Notes: generated by a model from the letters alone, not told the origin. A stretch of DNA of 64,000 nt from Octopus vulgaris (GCA_951406725.2 OX597830.1:2108001-2172000), one strand, 5' to 3'. Positions 1-14,627 are shown, counted from the stretch's first letter. Translations and numbers: made by a program.

Positions 1-884
1 CATAAGAGAAGAGAACGTGTATGGAGTTTGTGGCGAGGAATGAAAGCCTCCTTTTGCCCTCTTGTTTATCAGTTTCAATTCTATTATAAAGGTGTAACAG
101 TACCTTAGTTGATGGTGTTTAAAATGGTCAGCTCTGAAGATTCAAGTTAAATGGCGTTCCAAATGTGATCCCCACGTCTCGGTTACATCAAGATAAGATT
201 AAAGAACAAGTTAGGTACATGTGTGTGTGTGAGTGTGTACGTGTACGCACGCGGTTAATACGTTCAGTGTGTTCATCTTTTGTTCATGACCATAAAGTGT
301 GGCATAAGGAAGATTATCTGCTATTTCTAGAAGGTCAAACTTCCACATAGGCATTTGTTTTATGTGTATTGATTCGTTTTCTGTCGATAGTATTCAATGT
401 GGTTTGTCAATTATGTATTCATCTACGAACTGTCGCTCATTGAACAACCTTCTACTGGAAAGTATTTCAGTCATGACCACCCCATCAGACACTGTGAATC
501 CATTATATTACATTAATTCCGCTAAACTTAGCCTTTTGCAAGACAATAGGATAGCATGAAGGAGAAATTTAACTGCTATTTCTAGCATAGTGAGGAACCC
601 TATGGAGGTCTCAGTACAAGGTGAACCTTGGATTTGAGGGTCATAATAAAGAACATACCAAAAGATATTGTGCTTTTTCATTATGGAAGATTCACATTGG
701 CACTTACTGGACAGAGTCAAATGAATCTCCGTCAGTTTCCACAATGGATATTCTCTTGTTCCATTGAATAAACTCCCTGATTAAAGAATTTACTTGTGAT
801 TAAAGAATTACGATGAATGTTATGAGCTGTACCACAGTTAGGCATAGCTTTTACATGATTCTCATCTAGACACAACCAGGCACA

Positions 885-886
<2 letters not shown>

Positions 887-925
<39 letters not shown>
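887..925. repeat. (TG)n microsatellite
   Basis: Direct read of a pure TG run. Confidence 0.95.
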
Positions 926-926
<1 letters not shown>

Positions 927-949
927 TAAAGTTGATCTTTGAAATTACA

Positions 950-1125
950 CATACAGTCTGTTTAATGACCTTCTATACGGTTTCTTTTTATCATTTTTGC
1001 TCCAACAAATGTTCACTCAAATAGATGCTACGAGATACTTGCTCAAGATGCTACACAGAAAGGTTGAACTTGCAACTCAGAGATAATGAAGCAAATTTTT
1101 GAATCGCGACTGAACACCTCAGACA
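950..1125 (-). mobile_element. Decayed tRNA-derived CORE-type SINE fragment
   Basis: gatacttgctcaagatgctacacag...ttgaactt resembles the reverse complement of a CORE-SINE core plus B box, and sits next to a (TG)n tail. Highly diverged. Confidence 0.4.
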
Positions 1126-1640
1126 CTTGGTTTAGAAATTCAGAGAGTTTGGTGAACTCCATCCCTATCAGACTCTTACTTCTCACCTAATTTCTAAATG
1201 TATGTTCTGTTCAGCAGAGTGATCTCCCCCTCTTTCTTAACCTCCCATGCATAGATGTCAGCCTTTAACACATTTTTGTAATCTTCCGTACACAAGTATC
1301 GACCACAATCCTGATGTCAGAAGGTGATAACATCCTGCTTTATTTTCCATGTATTGGGTTCACTCACTGAGAGAATTTTAATAAAAACATATTGAAACGC
1401 CAACAGTTCATTGAATTAATTCAAAAGGCCACTGGATTGCTAGACATAGCAGCTAATTTCTGTAAAATTAAGTCTTACTATCTTAAATAATAGATATTTT
1501 GGACAATTTCCCTGATATAGAAAAAGGCAATCTTTTTTCTTTTATTAGTGTCTACCTAGTAGTAAACAATAACAACTAAAACAGTAATAAGAGCTTTTAC
1601 AAAGCTTTATAGAATTTTATTTCTTTCAAAATGAATTAAA

Positions 1641-1858
1641 TATGGCAGAAATGTTAGATCGTCAGAAAGCCTTTTCAGAATTTATTGTCTTTATATATTA
1701 AGCTCAGATCCCGCCCAAGTCATCTTTAGCTTTATCCTTTCGGAGTCAATAAAATAAAGTATTGGTGTGTGTGTGGGGGGCGGGGCAGATCGATGTTGTC
1801 AATTAAACCACACCCTGCAAAATTGCTAAGCATTGTGTCTAAATTAGAATACATTATT
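1641..1858 (+). mobile_element. Decayed copy of the dominant tRNA-derived SINE family
   Basis: tggcagaaatgttag head, tttatcctttcggagtcaataaaataaagta central motif and cattgtgtctaaattagaa tail align by eye to the intact copies at 16481 and 57178. Confidence 0.6.
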
Positions 1859-2764
1859 TTAAAATTGAATAAAATTCTTATCATTTTACATATATTTAAT
1901 TTTTTCATTTCTTTTTAGATAAAAGGCACTTAATGGCATTAAAACATTTAATAACTCCGTTCAAAGTACCTCGGCAGCAGCTGTTACTAAAACCTTAAGA
2001 AACATAATACTGACCTTTTTTTTTACGAGTGTCAGCATGTGGAGGGAAGATGAAGTAAATCATATAACAATAGAGCTCCTCGCTATTTTCCTAAATATAT
2101 TATTGAAAAGCATTTAACTCCAAATTTCAAAATCTATCTGCGTACGGGTTTCTTTGTTTTATTTTCTTTTTTATTCTGGTAAAAGACACTGAGATGAATT
2201 CTGACAGTTGCTTGCTTGCTTCTGTCTTTGAGTAGATTTAGATAGAAATGAAAGTAACTTTACAAATATAAACATAGATAATAAGGGAGGTTTCAAGGAA
2301 CTACAAGGACGGGTGAATGACATCAAAGAAAAAAAACACTGAATAATGAGTAAAGAGAAACGGGTGAGAAGCATAAATAATGAGTGAAACCCACGAATGA
2401 GAGAGAAAAAGAAATGATTGTGTTTGAAGGACATAAAACTTCAAACAATGTGTTATCTGTTTATGTATTTTAATATATTTTTTTTTTGTCTTCAGTTTCC
2501 CATTTTGCATTCATTTATTGCCATTAGGTTCACATAAATATTCTTCAAATAGGCATCAGGGAACTTCAAATAAAACTAAATGATCTTTAAAGAAATACAT
2601 AAACTTGTTCTCCAGTCAGGTCTCTAGTCACCTTACACTTCGGCACAATACGTCTCCAAAAGATAGAGTTTTTCCATATTTTGGTTAAAGTACTTCAGAT
2701 TTCTAAGTTCTCTTGCTGCGTTCTAACAGTAACACTTAGAATAGTTAAAAGAATTGATGTTGCT

Positions 2765-2990
2765 ATGGTTGTTTAAGCTCCAAGTCAGACTGATCGCTGA
2801 TCAGGTTGACCTACGATCAAGGGTACGCTGTCAGTGGCACTCCACTCTTTCTTCTTAAAAGAAGAATGTGTTTAGGGTTGCATTTTTTAATACGTCCTTC
2901 CTGTTTTAAGGCAGCACGAGTCATATGCAGGAAATTTGGTTTCTTTTTTAAAGCAGTCTAAGCAACAATGCAGAGGCTCTCTCTCTCTCT
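2765..2990 (+). repeat. Old dispersed repeat family (unclassified), representative copy
   Basis: gttgtttaagctccaagtcag...gatcaa...ggaaatttgg...tttaaagcag...gaggctc. Similar decayed stretches by eye near 450-610, 1425-1520 (inverted), 17620-17790, 35000-35130, 36170-36310, 50200-50370 and 50750-50850. Confidence 0.45.
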
Positions 2991-4306
2991 TGGCTTATAA
3001 GACATTTTTCAGTTACCAGGTGTTTAATTAAACAACTGGTATTTAGCTACAAGGTATATGATTAAAGTGATCAGTCGCAAAGTGTTTATATAACTGTTTT
3101 GAGGTATTAACTAGATCCAGTCAAAATCCTTCAGTTACCAGGTGCTTAACGAATCAAAACCGTTTAGTCACTGGGTATTTAACGAGCAGGTATTTAGCAA
3201 AGATATTTAACAATGAAAAATATTTGTCAACAATATCTCTCGCTTAATTTTGATGAACAAACCGTTGAATAAGTGTTTGCCTGTCAAAAATGTTAAGTGT
3301 CGAACATGTTCATAAAGTAATATTTAAGCTTCCAGTGACTCATAACCATAAGGTTTCAATATTGAGTTTTATAATCAAACATGTTGCCCGGGGTTTCAAT
3401 GAAAATTGTTTCCTTGAGTTAATGCTAAGTTTACTCACCAATATAATATACTTGCCAATTTAAACATATACTTGTTAAATATCAACTGATATTTCCCGAA
3501 ATAACAGCTACACGTAAATACGACAGACCAGAGTACTGAAACAGGTCTGGAAATCTGTGAAGGTCATGATCTGGTTGTTATGATGCAGGTCTTACTATCA
3601 AAACGCTATAAATTTCATTCTTGAGCCAAGGGAGGAGTGCATTTTGTCCTCCCGCAAGGCGCTACATTTCACATTGCTCAAGTCTGATCACATATCGATG
3701 CAGTTCTTTTCTCTTCTCTCCGGTTCTTCACTCTTAAATGTTATGCTACGTGAAGGAGCACAGAAAAGGTGCCTATATTTACCTGTGACTCCCGACGTAT
3801 ATAAATCAATTAGCAAGGACATACTACATGCTACCAAGCCATCCTTAATTCCAAGTCAGAATAGCAGCAGCAGTAGTAATGGTCGTGGTAACGGTGGTGA
3901 TGGTAGTGAATACAAGGCCTCAAATTTATTAGACGTAGAGCAGAATGACGTTGTGTCTGTTCGGCGCTTTCTTCAGTACATTTTTGATTTATGTAAAAAA
4001 CAAATTGCTTCGAATGGGTTCAAGGAATTGCTTCAGAGATTCTTCTTGACCAAACCTCATTGTTTTCTTGGTGAAGCTAACGGCTTTGTTTGTTTATTTA
4101 TCTAATCTAATGGCACCATACTGGTCAGATACATCATATTGGTTCATCCACTGCCGTCAAAAATCCGTTTCTCTGAATTATTTAGGATATTTGTGTAGTC
4201 TGTTTAGATGAAGGAAAGTTACTAAGGATTTATTTCTTGGAAGAAATGAATGCTGTGATTGGTCCTCCATACAGAGCAGGGAAACCGATTCTGAGAAAGA
4301 GAGGAT

Positions 4307-4437
4307 GAGAGAGAGAGAGAGAGAAGAAGAAGAAGAAGAAGAAGAAGAAGAAGAAGAAGAAGAAAAAGAAGAAGAAGAAGAAGAAGAAGAAGAAGAAGAA
4401 GAAGAAGAAGAAGAAGAAGAAGAAGAAGAAGAAGAAA
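4307..4437. repeat. (GA)n-(GAA)n microsatellite
   Basis: Direct read; it accounts for the poly-Glu ORF 4305-4505. Confidence 0.95.
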
Positions 4438-5925
4438 ATGATGACTACATCTATAAAGATGAAGTTGCTCTCAATGGCTTTTCAACTCAGAACTCAATCT
4501 TTTAGTGATTCTTGTAATGATCCTGCCCATCCGGTGTCTTTCTTTTCTTCATTAATTCTCCTTAAATTCATTGATGAAGCTGTAAGACAATAAATTTATC
4601 TATTGCCAAAAATTATTTAAAGAAGTGATGTATGTGAACAGGTGATATTTATTCTTTCCAAAAGAACGTTAAACACTATAAATTTTCACCTGGGAATTGA
4701 ATTAAAATGTTTTAAATCACAATTATAACTCAGAATTATTGACAAAGAATTTATCATTTCCTGTATATGTCCACATTTACCAAAGTGGAATTTGCACTGG
4801 AAAATAGAAATGTCCCCAGGTGTCAGTTTTACGGAGCCAAGAATACTACAGCACATGCCACGCCTCAAAACAACACTAAAACGGTAACAAAAGAGTGGGT
4901 CTTTATGAATTATTTCCATTAAATGTCCAAATTTACCAATTTCCCTTAACAAATTTAATAACAATAAAATTCCTGATTGCATTACAGCCTGATAAGTGTT
5001 GCTGCAAAAGAGAGTCAGTTTTAATAGATAATTTATGGCCCATAATTGGATTTGTTGTTTATAGATGTATTAACTGCACTGGAAATAGGTGGTTATTAGT
5101 TTAAATAAATAATCAGCTAGCATGTTAGATGCAGAAACACAGATTAGAAAGAAAGACTCAGGAGAGGTGCTGTTTTTCCTTGAACAGAGCAGTGTATAAT
5201 GCCATTGCCTAATACGTATACAGAAAGCAAACAGAAAAAGAGAATCACAAAGGTAAACCGAAATGAGAGAATTAAATAAGTGAACGCTTTGAGCAGCAGA
5301 TTCATGGTTGTTTGGTTTATGGGCAGAAAAAGAGAAAAGATAAGAAGATGCAGCTTAAACCTATCAAAACCATCACCACCAACAACACCAACAACAGCAA
5401 CAACCGCCATTAATGAGGTGCTGGGGGAACAGTAATGGCTCATCGATAGATTAGCTTTTATAAATAGCAGCTTGTGAACTTAGCACTCCAGGTTCGCATT
5501 GTATTTCGGTTGACTAAAATGTTAAGTTTTGTTCTTTCCTTTACTGGGTTCAGACATTGCTCTGCGTCCATGTTGAAGCACTTATATTTTTCTAATAACT
5601 CTTAATTTATAAGACCTAAAACTGTAAACACAGCATCAGCCCATATGTACACAGACGCATGCACACACGCACACAAGCGTGCACACACGCACACAAGCGT
5701 GCACACACAAATACACGATACACGAAACTTGCTTGCTTGCAGACATTCTGGAGCCAGATGCCTTTCCTTGTACAAACTCTCAGCTATTACGATTTTACAG
5801 AGCAAGGTATTGCCTTTCTAAGGCCAGAAACATTTACACGGGTGATTGGAAGCAAATGACATCCCTTATTAGACCATGTTGCTCATTTACAACTAGCATA
5901 TGATGTGGAGAGGAGGACACACACA

Positions 5926-5963
<38 letters not shown>

Positions 5964-6913
5964 ATGTGTGTGTGTGCGTGCATGTTTAGATCCCTGGGAT
6001 CCTTTTGTCCCCACCAGAGAATGAAGCACTAAAAAGACTTGTGGGTCTATAGTTCTTCCTCTGACGTAGGATAATAACGAACAAAATATAACATGTTCAA
6101 TAGAATATCAGGAAACTAGGGATATTCTAAAGAATATGTTTTTGGCCGGATAATTCTAAGGAGCTTTGATACGCTTGTCAACTCAAAGAGGTAGACTCTA
6201 CAGTGTCTTTCAACCTAATGGAACTAAAAAATTTCCTTCAATCACATGCTATCAACTTTATTAAAATTCATTCTAGACACTGTAGACTTACATCTCCCTA
6301 AAACAGGCAAGGCCTCTCATGTCACGTGATACGTCTTCCTCTTGAAGCAAAACAAAAACAACAAAACACATTCGTTTTCTGCCTTTTGTCTGAGACCAAA
6401 ATGTAGCAACACCATCAATTACAGATTTTCGCGGTTATATGTTCGCTGTACAACGAATCTCCGCATAATGCTTATAGTTATTTGTGTTTTGCATTTTCCG
6501 TATTTTAAGTGAATAGCTGAGAGAAGGAAGGAAGGGTATGAAGACGAGGAGGGTCTATACCAATGCCTTCTACACATTGTCTTTCCCCTTCCTCTTAGCC
6601 AAAACAGTCAATGCCATCAGCAGATTACATTAACAGCAGTATCAAGTTTCGCATTATCAACCCTTCAATAGTTCAGCCAGCACCTAATCAACTTGACCAT
6701 TTTTCAGTTCCACAATCAATAGTTTTCATAAATTACATATTTCTCCATTCACTTCATTGAAGGAACAAATTCCAAGTTGAAAGCAGGTTTCAGAATTTTA
6801 TTGAGTGTTTTGAAGCTATTTTAACCAACTTCCCTCTGAGATCTCACACATCATAAATTTCCGTTCCTTTTGACTATTCTTTTCAATAATTTTGATCGTT
6901 ATTTTTGCCAACG

Positions 6914-7060
<147 letters not shown>

Positions 7061-7409
7061 GAATTTAAAAGGAAAGTGAAAATTTGAAGTGATAACAAAC
7101 TGGAGATAGAGAAATATAGTTTAAATTATTAGCTTCCAGCCATTTAGGTATCACAGGAAAAATTTTTACAAACTCTGCCAAAATGCTAAAGTCACAGCAT
7201 CGTGTTCCTGATTTGAAGTAACTAAAAGAAACTTGTTCTGTCATCTTAGCCAAAGATTGGTGCCAATGCTGCTAAGTACATATCAACACCTAAAAATCTT
7301 CTGATGAATATATTTTTTTTTATTAGTGTTATTATAAGAGTGACTATGGAATCCACAGAATTATTGATTTCTTCCATAGATACATAGCCAATTTTAGTCA
7401 GAAGAAGGT

Positions 7410-7453
7410 AGTTGTTGTTGTTGCTGCTGCTGCTGCTGCTGTTGTTGTTGTTG

Positions 7454-7524
<71 letters not shown>

Positions 7525-7525
7525 G
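7410..7525. repeat. Compound (GTT)(GCT)(GTT)(ATT)n microsatellite
   Basis: Direct read. Confidence 0.95.
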
Positions 7526-7899
7526 CCATCATCATTGAGTCTTGTGTAATGTTTTTTTGCTTCTCTCATCAAAATACGATCTATTCAAACATTGCTAAAT
7601 GGAATTTTCATTGGAATTCTTGTAAAAGGAATTATAATTGCCTGAGGGAAGCCTGCCCTTCATACCCGGGAGTAGACAGCAAAGATGTGTTATTTCACAT
7701 TCTTTTAAAATTATATTTATAAACATTAGGTTTCCTCACTCAGTCACACATAATTATGCTACAAAACTAAACGCTACAAAGGCAATAAAACAGCACCTCT
7801 GATTGTACAAGAAGAATATTAACAGTGAATATTTAATAGAAAACACCACAGACACTCATAGAAGTAATTCTAGAATCAGTGATAATATTGATAATGATA

Positions 7900-8115
7900 A
7901 AGGTTTCAGCTTTTGGCACAAGGCCAGCAATGTCGGAGGGAGAGGCTAAATTAATTACATCGACCCCAGTACTCAACTGGTACTCATTTTATCGACCCCA
8001 AAGGGATGAGAGGCAAAATCGACCTCGGTGGAATTTGAAGTCAGAATGCAAAAACTGGCGAAATGCTGCAAAGCATTTTTCCCAGAGTGCTAAACAATTC
8101 TGCAAACCCAGCCTC
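7900..8115 (-). mobile_element. tRNA-derived SINE
   Basis: ggcacaaggcc...atcgaccccagtactcaactggtactcattttatcgacccc...ggcaaaatcgacctcggtggaatttgaagtcagaa is the reverse complement of the family body and B-box region. Confidence 0.85.
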
Positions 8116-9110
8116 TCAGTAACGATAAGGATAATAACTACAACAACAGTAACAGCAAGTCTTACGATTTCAAATAGAGAAGTCATTTCCTATAACAGCT
8201 GTATTAAAGCATTCACCCCTAAATAAAAATAAAACGTTTCTTAAATCAAATTTTAGCGGGGAGAAGTTTGTCAAAGTGAACAGGGTTTCTTTGCCCCAGG
8301 ACCTAATTGAGAAGGAGGCAAATAAAACATTAGGTATTGTGACTTAGAAAAATGTAAATGAACTTATTCTTTGATTTTCTCAAGTTGCACAAGACATTCT
8401 CCAGGGCATATCGAGGTCGGTCATCTTAACTGAATGAGACCAAAGTTAGACCTTCTCTGTTGCGTCTATGGGTTTAAACCTATAAATGCAGCCAAAGCCC
8501 AAGCTGAAATTGTCTGACATATCTCTGCCAATAAATCTGTGCCAGGTTCATGGATCAGAGTAACAGAAAAGTCACAATAAGAGAGTGCAAAGCATAACGC
8601 TGATCCTTGGCTAGTAATCACATTCATACCGCAGGAAGGGAGAATGATCGAAAGAAGATTAATGAAAGGTGACATGCGGTCAGTGGTGGATCAAAATGAA
8701 TTATGAAGTCTTAGCAACAACCGGAAATGACAAAGCTATGCTGGGACCTTGCCCAGTTGATAATGCCTAGACAAAAGTTATGAGAATGACGCAAGACTGA
8801 AAATCTACTTTGCTACAAAACTGAGTAAACTCAACTTAGAGTGGAATGCACCGAACTAGAAAATGTGAACATAAGAAAGGAAAACAGAAATAATGAAGAT
8901 CATCTATGTCAGAAATAAGAAGAACAAAGCCCAGTTGTCAGAGAACTACCAGGCAAACGTTGGGAATGGCAAGTGAAATATTTTTATGCTCAGTATCAGA
9001 AATAATGTTGCTTACTGGTACATTTGATAGCACTCAAACCGAATTCGGGAAATGGTAAAATAAGCAGAATCATAGTGTGCCATGACTGAAGCTGTATTAT
9101 TATTATCATT

Positions 9111-9510
9111 GCCTTTGCACAGCTTCTAATGCTGAGGATATACTACTGCATCAGCTGTTCACTACCAGTGAATTAATGTAATACCTCTTATTTTTCGAGT
9201 ACCTTCTGGAGTATTCGAGCAGTTCCAAGCAGTGCTGTTTTCTGCAAGTGTGCCACCCTTATTGCAGCCCCTATTTGTTACATGTACTTCTCAAGACTTT
9301 TACTCACTCTTCCCAGGGCTCCAAAATTATTGATACTACTACCACCTTTTTCATCGACCACAACTGTTTAACTTCCCAATCTAACCTGTCATACCTATCA
9401 ACTTTTCTTTCTTCCTTATCGCATACCTTGTTGTCAGCTGGGCATGCTATATCTATGATCCAGCATTGTTTGCTTTCTTTCTCAATTAGCACTATGACTG
9501 GTTTCCTATA
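9111..9510 (-). mobile_element. 3' fragment of an R4/Dong-type non-LTR retrotransposon (restriction-like endonuclease)
   Basis: ORF 9304-9492 reads IEKESKQCWIIDIACPADNKVCDKEERKVDRYDRL..EVKQLW, the RLE signature (IID..P.D...KE..K..KY..L). The fragment ends in a (TAA)n tail at about 9096-9110. Confidence 0.85.
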
Positions 9511-9547
9511 CTCTATTGAGGGCTTAACAAGTAAGACATATATTTTT

Positions 9548-9758
9548 CAGTTCTATATTTAAGAGATGAGGAATTATTTACATTTGACGGATATTTATCA
9601 TCTTGTTTGTTGTTAACACGTTTTGGCTGATATACCCTCCAGCCTTCATCAGGGGTCTTGGCAAAATTTCGAACCTAGGATCTCATTATTATTATTCACG
9701 TCACTGCTTGGAATCGAACTCGGAATCTTGGGGTTAGTAGCCACTACACCATATGCCC
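9548..9758 (-). mobile_element. tRNA-head/(AAT)n/hammerhead element, copy 1 (decayed)
   Basis: Aligns to 29646-29926. The minus strand has a tRNA-like head and CTGATGA-A-GGCTG..CAGCC, but GAAA is mutated to AAAA. Confidence 0.8.
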
Positions 9759-9787
9759 AAGTTTCTGAGTTCGATTCCAGGCAGTGA

Positions 9788-9886
<99 letters not shown>

Positions 9887-10033
9887 CAACAACAACAACA
9901 TCAAAAACTACCTTAAGAATGAGAACCCAGGTTCGAAATTAACCAAAGACACTTGATGCAGTCTGGAAGTTATATCAGCCGAAACTTCATTTTAACAACA
10001 AACAAGATGAGGACAAAATGTAAATAAAGTAAA
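9757..10033 (+). mobile_element. tRNA-head/(AAT)n/hammerhead element, copy 2, inverted head-to-head with copy 1
   Basis: gagttcgattccaggcagtgacct (B box), then (AAT)n, then gaatgagaacccaggttcgaaatt..gacacttgatgca..tatatcagccgaaac..taacaacaaacaagatgaggacaaa. The core is mutated. Confidence 0.8.
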
Positions 10034-10699
10034 CATTTATTTTTGTTTCTACTGCACTTTAATATTGAAACCGTTCTCATTGACCCAAATTACTACTTTT
10101 CCAGACTCAAGAATAGTTTAGCAGAGTCGACCAATGTAAAAACATTTTACAGATACCTTAGGGTAAAGAGTTTATTATGGCTGTACTGGTATTACCACGG
10201 TAAAATATCTAAATGCTGAAGGCAAATATATTTACCGGTGAATGGTAACTGATATAAATACCTGTAACAGAGGAATACCTTAGTTCATGGTGAAGCAGTA
10301 ATTCTATCAGCTATCAAATTAATGCCAAGGGCTTATTGTATTTTCTATGGCAGCTATCATATAAAATTGTCTTCCATTATGATGCAAATTTAATAGTTAA
10401 CCCAATAGGATGAAAATGAATGAAATTCAGCACCAATAAGTTAGGTGTTTATTTAGATCAAGTATAATAAACTAGGAGTAAAATATGGCACGTGTCCAGC
10501 CGCAGGTATGATTCAGAGCCAAATATTGTGTGTATCCAACCTTATCAAATTTGCAGAGATTTAGTTATTGTATTCACACTGCATGTTCCTTTCGACTGGA
10601 GACATTTGAATTAATAGATCTGTCCTTTGAACTTTTAAACAAATCCATGCAAGCATCACTTTTAGTAAGGTTCTGTTGGGTGCTTCCAGAATTATCTTT

Positions 10700-11130
10700 A
10701 GAATACGGTAAGACATAATTAAAATGTCTGACTATAATGCTGAAGTAGTAACTGAAGTGATTACACGTTTGCTTTATACTTTCTCGTTTCTTTCTCCAAA
10801 TTGCTGACACAAATATTTCCATGATTTAAAGAATTTACCTACAGCGAGAATGTCTGTAGTGCTTGAAACAAAATGTTACTGGATTAGAGTGTGTGACCAT
10901 GCTTCCAGAATGGAATGGTACAGGACACGAAAGGTAAAATTAAGATGGACACCAACTGGTAATGAAAGCCTGAACAGTCCAAAAACATCTCTAGGTAGGG
11001 AAGTTGGAAGTGAACTGAAAGAAATGGATATGACATGAGGCAGCAGCACACACTAACTCATCTATTTGAATGGTTTGGAAACATTGAAGCTGATTTCGCA
11101 ACTAGGAGAAACGGAATAATAATAATAATA
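10700..11130 (+). mobile_element. 3' remnant of an RTE-clade LINE
   Basis: ORF 10850-11038 ..WIRVCDHASRM..KVKLRWTPTG..PKT..EVGSELKEMDMT resembles the RTE C-terminus (RWLGHVLRM..LRWTP.GKR.RGRPKTTW...E.ELKEM.LTW). A short (AAT) tail follows. Confidence 0.7.
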
Positions 11131-11140
11131 TGAAGAAGAA

Positions 11141-11330
11141 TCGTTTCTAATTTTGGCACAGTTTTGAAGTTAGGAGACAAATCAATTACATTGACCCAAC
11201 TATTTGAGTGGTACTAAATCGACCCCACGAAGTATAAAAGGCAAAGTTCGCCTCAAGTAGGATTTCAACTCAGAATGTAAAGAGCTACAACAAATACCGC
11301 ATAGCATATTGTCTAATAATTCAGGCCAAC
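11141..11330 (-). mobile_element. Decayed tRNA-derived SINE
   Basis: ttggcaca..ggtactaaatcgacccc..aaaggcaaagttcgcctc..gatttcaactcagaatgta matches the family. Confidence 0.75.
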
Positions 11331-12386
11331 TAAATGTGTAATCCAGTTTGCCACCCAAAATAAGGACTCGCAGAAGAGATTCACAATGAAGTGGTTGTTT
11401 TTAATCGCTAATAATCAGTGACGATAAGTGTTGTGACTGCTGTCAATTTCAATCTTGCACCGAACACCATTGGAGATAAACGAAATTCCACCAATAATAC
11501 ATTAAAATGGATTCTGTCATTAGAGTTCCTCTAATAATGGTGTGGGGTTTATGCCAAGTGAAAGAACGCAACATCATTGACTTCCTCTTCGTTGCCATCG
11601 ACATCATCATCCTCATCACCATCATTTATTGTTGTTATTATTTAATTTATTTAATATTCTTATTTAGCTTGGGAGGCAAAGCTGCTTTCGTGATCTTGGT
11701 TAGGTCCACCGTCACCTTCGTTCCATAAGTCTGGGCTGATATCCAAAATATTTCATCAAATTCTACAATAGTATTGAGATTTAATTCACAGCTCCTGTAG
11801 ACTTTTCCAAAAACCTATAAACTCTATACACGTGTGGTAAGAAAGGAATGGTATAAATTGCACCAGTTTACAGCTATGAATATAGGACTAGCAGGAAATT
11901 TGTCTAACAGATCCGGTTCTACATAGAATACGAGGAAATGCCGTAGATTATTCTATATTTCGATAATTCTATATACTTGCCCAAAAACTTTTTAAAGGAG
12001 ATGAAGAGGTAGTGTGAAATCATCCTGTGTATATGGAATTACCCCACCCAGTGTTAGAGACTTTCAGCATTTGTCATGCGGACGTTTTCACAAACCATTT
12101 ACCATTTAAAAATGAAGAGACGCACATACGTTTACATACGCATTGAAGAAATGCACACGCATACATACATACACCAATGCAAAAGCACACAATTACACAA
12201 GCACATACAATCATCAAGACGCATACACTTACAAGCACACACAAATACATACACCCATAACTACACACAAACACATATACAAGGAATACACACGCATACA
12301 ACCTTACACATACATTTACTTTTCAGGGTCAATCAAATAAATACCTGCTGAGTACTGGAGACGATGCACCAAAGAATTCTGTCTCC

Positions 12387-12433
12387 CTACCACTACTACT
12401 ACTACTACTACTAGTACTACTACTACTACTACA

Positions 12434-12500
<67 letters not shown>
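12387..12500. repeat. (CTA)n microsatellite
   Basis: Direct read. Confidence 0.95.
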
Positions 12501-12501
<1 letters not shown>

Positions 12502-13293
12502 AGTGTTACTTATCATATTTTGGGGTGATATAGAAGTAAACATTTACCTCGATGCGGTAATACTGTGGGTATTAAGGGCATACAAACAATAAAGATAATT
12601 TCACCTTTATCAATTTTTCCATACTTATGGAAAATGATTGAATGAGTGCTAATTTTCTGCAGAAAAGTATTTATAAATTTGAAATAAATATATTTAAAAC
12701 CAATCTCTGAACGGTCGACCTTATCTCACTCTGCTTCTTCGTAAACCTATCTGTACAAAATTTCAATACAAAAAATTCTGTTCACAAAATTCTACGACAC
12801 ACCCTGCACCATTTGCCTCGACTCCCTTGGCGTCTCTCTTTTACCTTATCTCCCAATTCTCTGGAGACACTATAAAGCGTAGCTTGACAAATCAGCCGAG
12901 CAGCCTGCCAACATTTGCAACAACTATTATTAAACAGAGATCATTACTATCATCACCATCATCACCATTATCATCATCGTCGTCGTCATCATTATTGTTG
13001 TTGTCGTTGTTGTTATTACGCAGGCAGTGAACTGGCAGAATAGTCATATTTTCAATACAACACATTTAATACACACATAGACCACATTTATTTATTAATA
13101 CATATGTATGCGCATCGCATATGCATATATACTTACAAAAATCTGTGTGTATGAATGTATAAATGTAAATTATATGTCTACATATTTAAATATTTGCACA
13201 CATATATATTTCCATATACGTATATAGAAAGTATAGATACGTATATGTCCATATATGTCCGTATGGGTGTATATACGAGCGTGCGTTGCATGC

Positions 13294-13357
<64 letters not shown>

Positions 13358-13898
13358 ATATATTCTCATACACAGAAGAAAAAGCTAAGCTCTCACAGCT
13401 TCACATATCAAACTTACTTCAAACACCAAACTTTTACACTTCACAAAGCAGTGAGATTTTTTAGGAATGTCTGCAAAAAAATCTTAAGGATAAGAATCTA
13501 AAAGTTTTGCACCAAAATCGAATAAAAATGCAAGAACAAAATAAAAGAACAGAAAGTAAAACGTATGTTTACGACACTACCTACATAACTATCTTGCAGA
13601 AAATCTAGATTAGAAATAAAAGGATGCTTGCCTTAGAGGCTATTTGGAAATAAATGTAACAAGATCAAGGAAGAATCTGTCTATGCTTTGCTTATTTTGC
13701 TATTTCCTGGTGAGAAAATTTCTGCATAAATATGAGAAGGGCAGTATTGTATTTGTTATATTTATTGTGTTAGTGTTGGTTTCGTTTTATCTTTTAATTT
13801 TTTTTTTCATTTTAAAAACCTCTGTTTTTACATGAGTAAATATTAAAACTGTATTTTTTTTATGTGGTTTAATACTGTGAATGTAGCTAGATTTGATA

Positions 13899-13955
<57 letters not shown>

Positions 13956-14627
13956 CGAACAATGAGACTGAGTGCTTTACAACACATTGGTGGATGTGTA
14001 ACCTTAAGTATCCTCATCCAAAAGGGAAGCGATTATTAACACCTTTTGTGGTACGCTTGAACAATTGTGAAGTTCTGTTAACATGAAGTATGTATATATG
14101 AGTGTGTGTGTGTGTGTGTATGTGTATACCAGTGTATGTGGTCAAGCATTTATACCTTAGCAACTCCATGGTGTTAATACCACTGGATTGAATACTGAAG
14201 GAATCAAACCTGTCATTATATCCGGTCAACTGCAGGAGTTCAACCTATTCTCAATCCGTTCTTTGTTTATTATGTTCTGGATTTATCTGCTTTTTTTAAA
14301 AATTCTGTTATTTACTTTTATATAATTTTTTTTCCTTCGATATTGTTTGAACTTCTTTGTTTCTTTTAACGAAAAGACTTCTTTTCTTTATTTCTTCATT
14401 TATATTGCTTTGCTTCGAAGTATTCCTTTACGAATATTCTGTTAACTCAAGTTGACACACCCCACAATGCCGTCTGTGTAACGTATTACATTTGACTTGT
14501 CTATCTTATAACTCCGTTAGCAATTCACATTTTCATTGCAACCCTATATTTTCACTCGTACATATTCCTTCCTTCCACGCTCCCTATTGACAATCAACAC
14601 TCCCTGTTGCACCTGGTAGGGGACTGC

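Noticed and set aside
3644-4105. 153-aa ORF as a host gene
   Set aside because: TTG start, low-complexity S/G stretch from a decayed trinucleotide repeat, and no recognisable domain.
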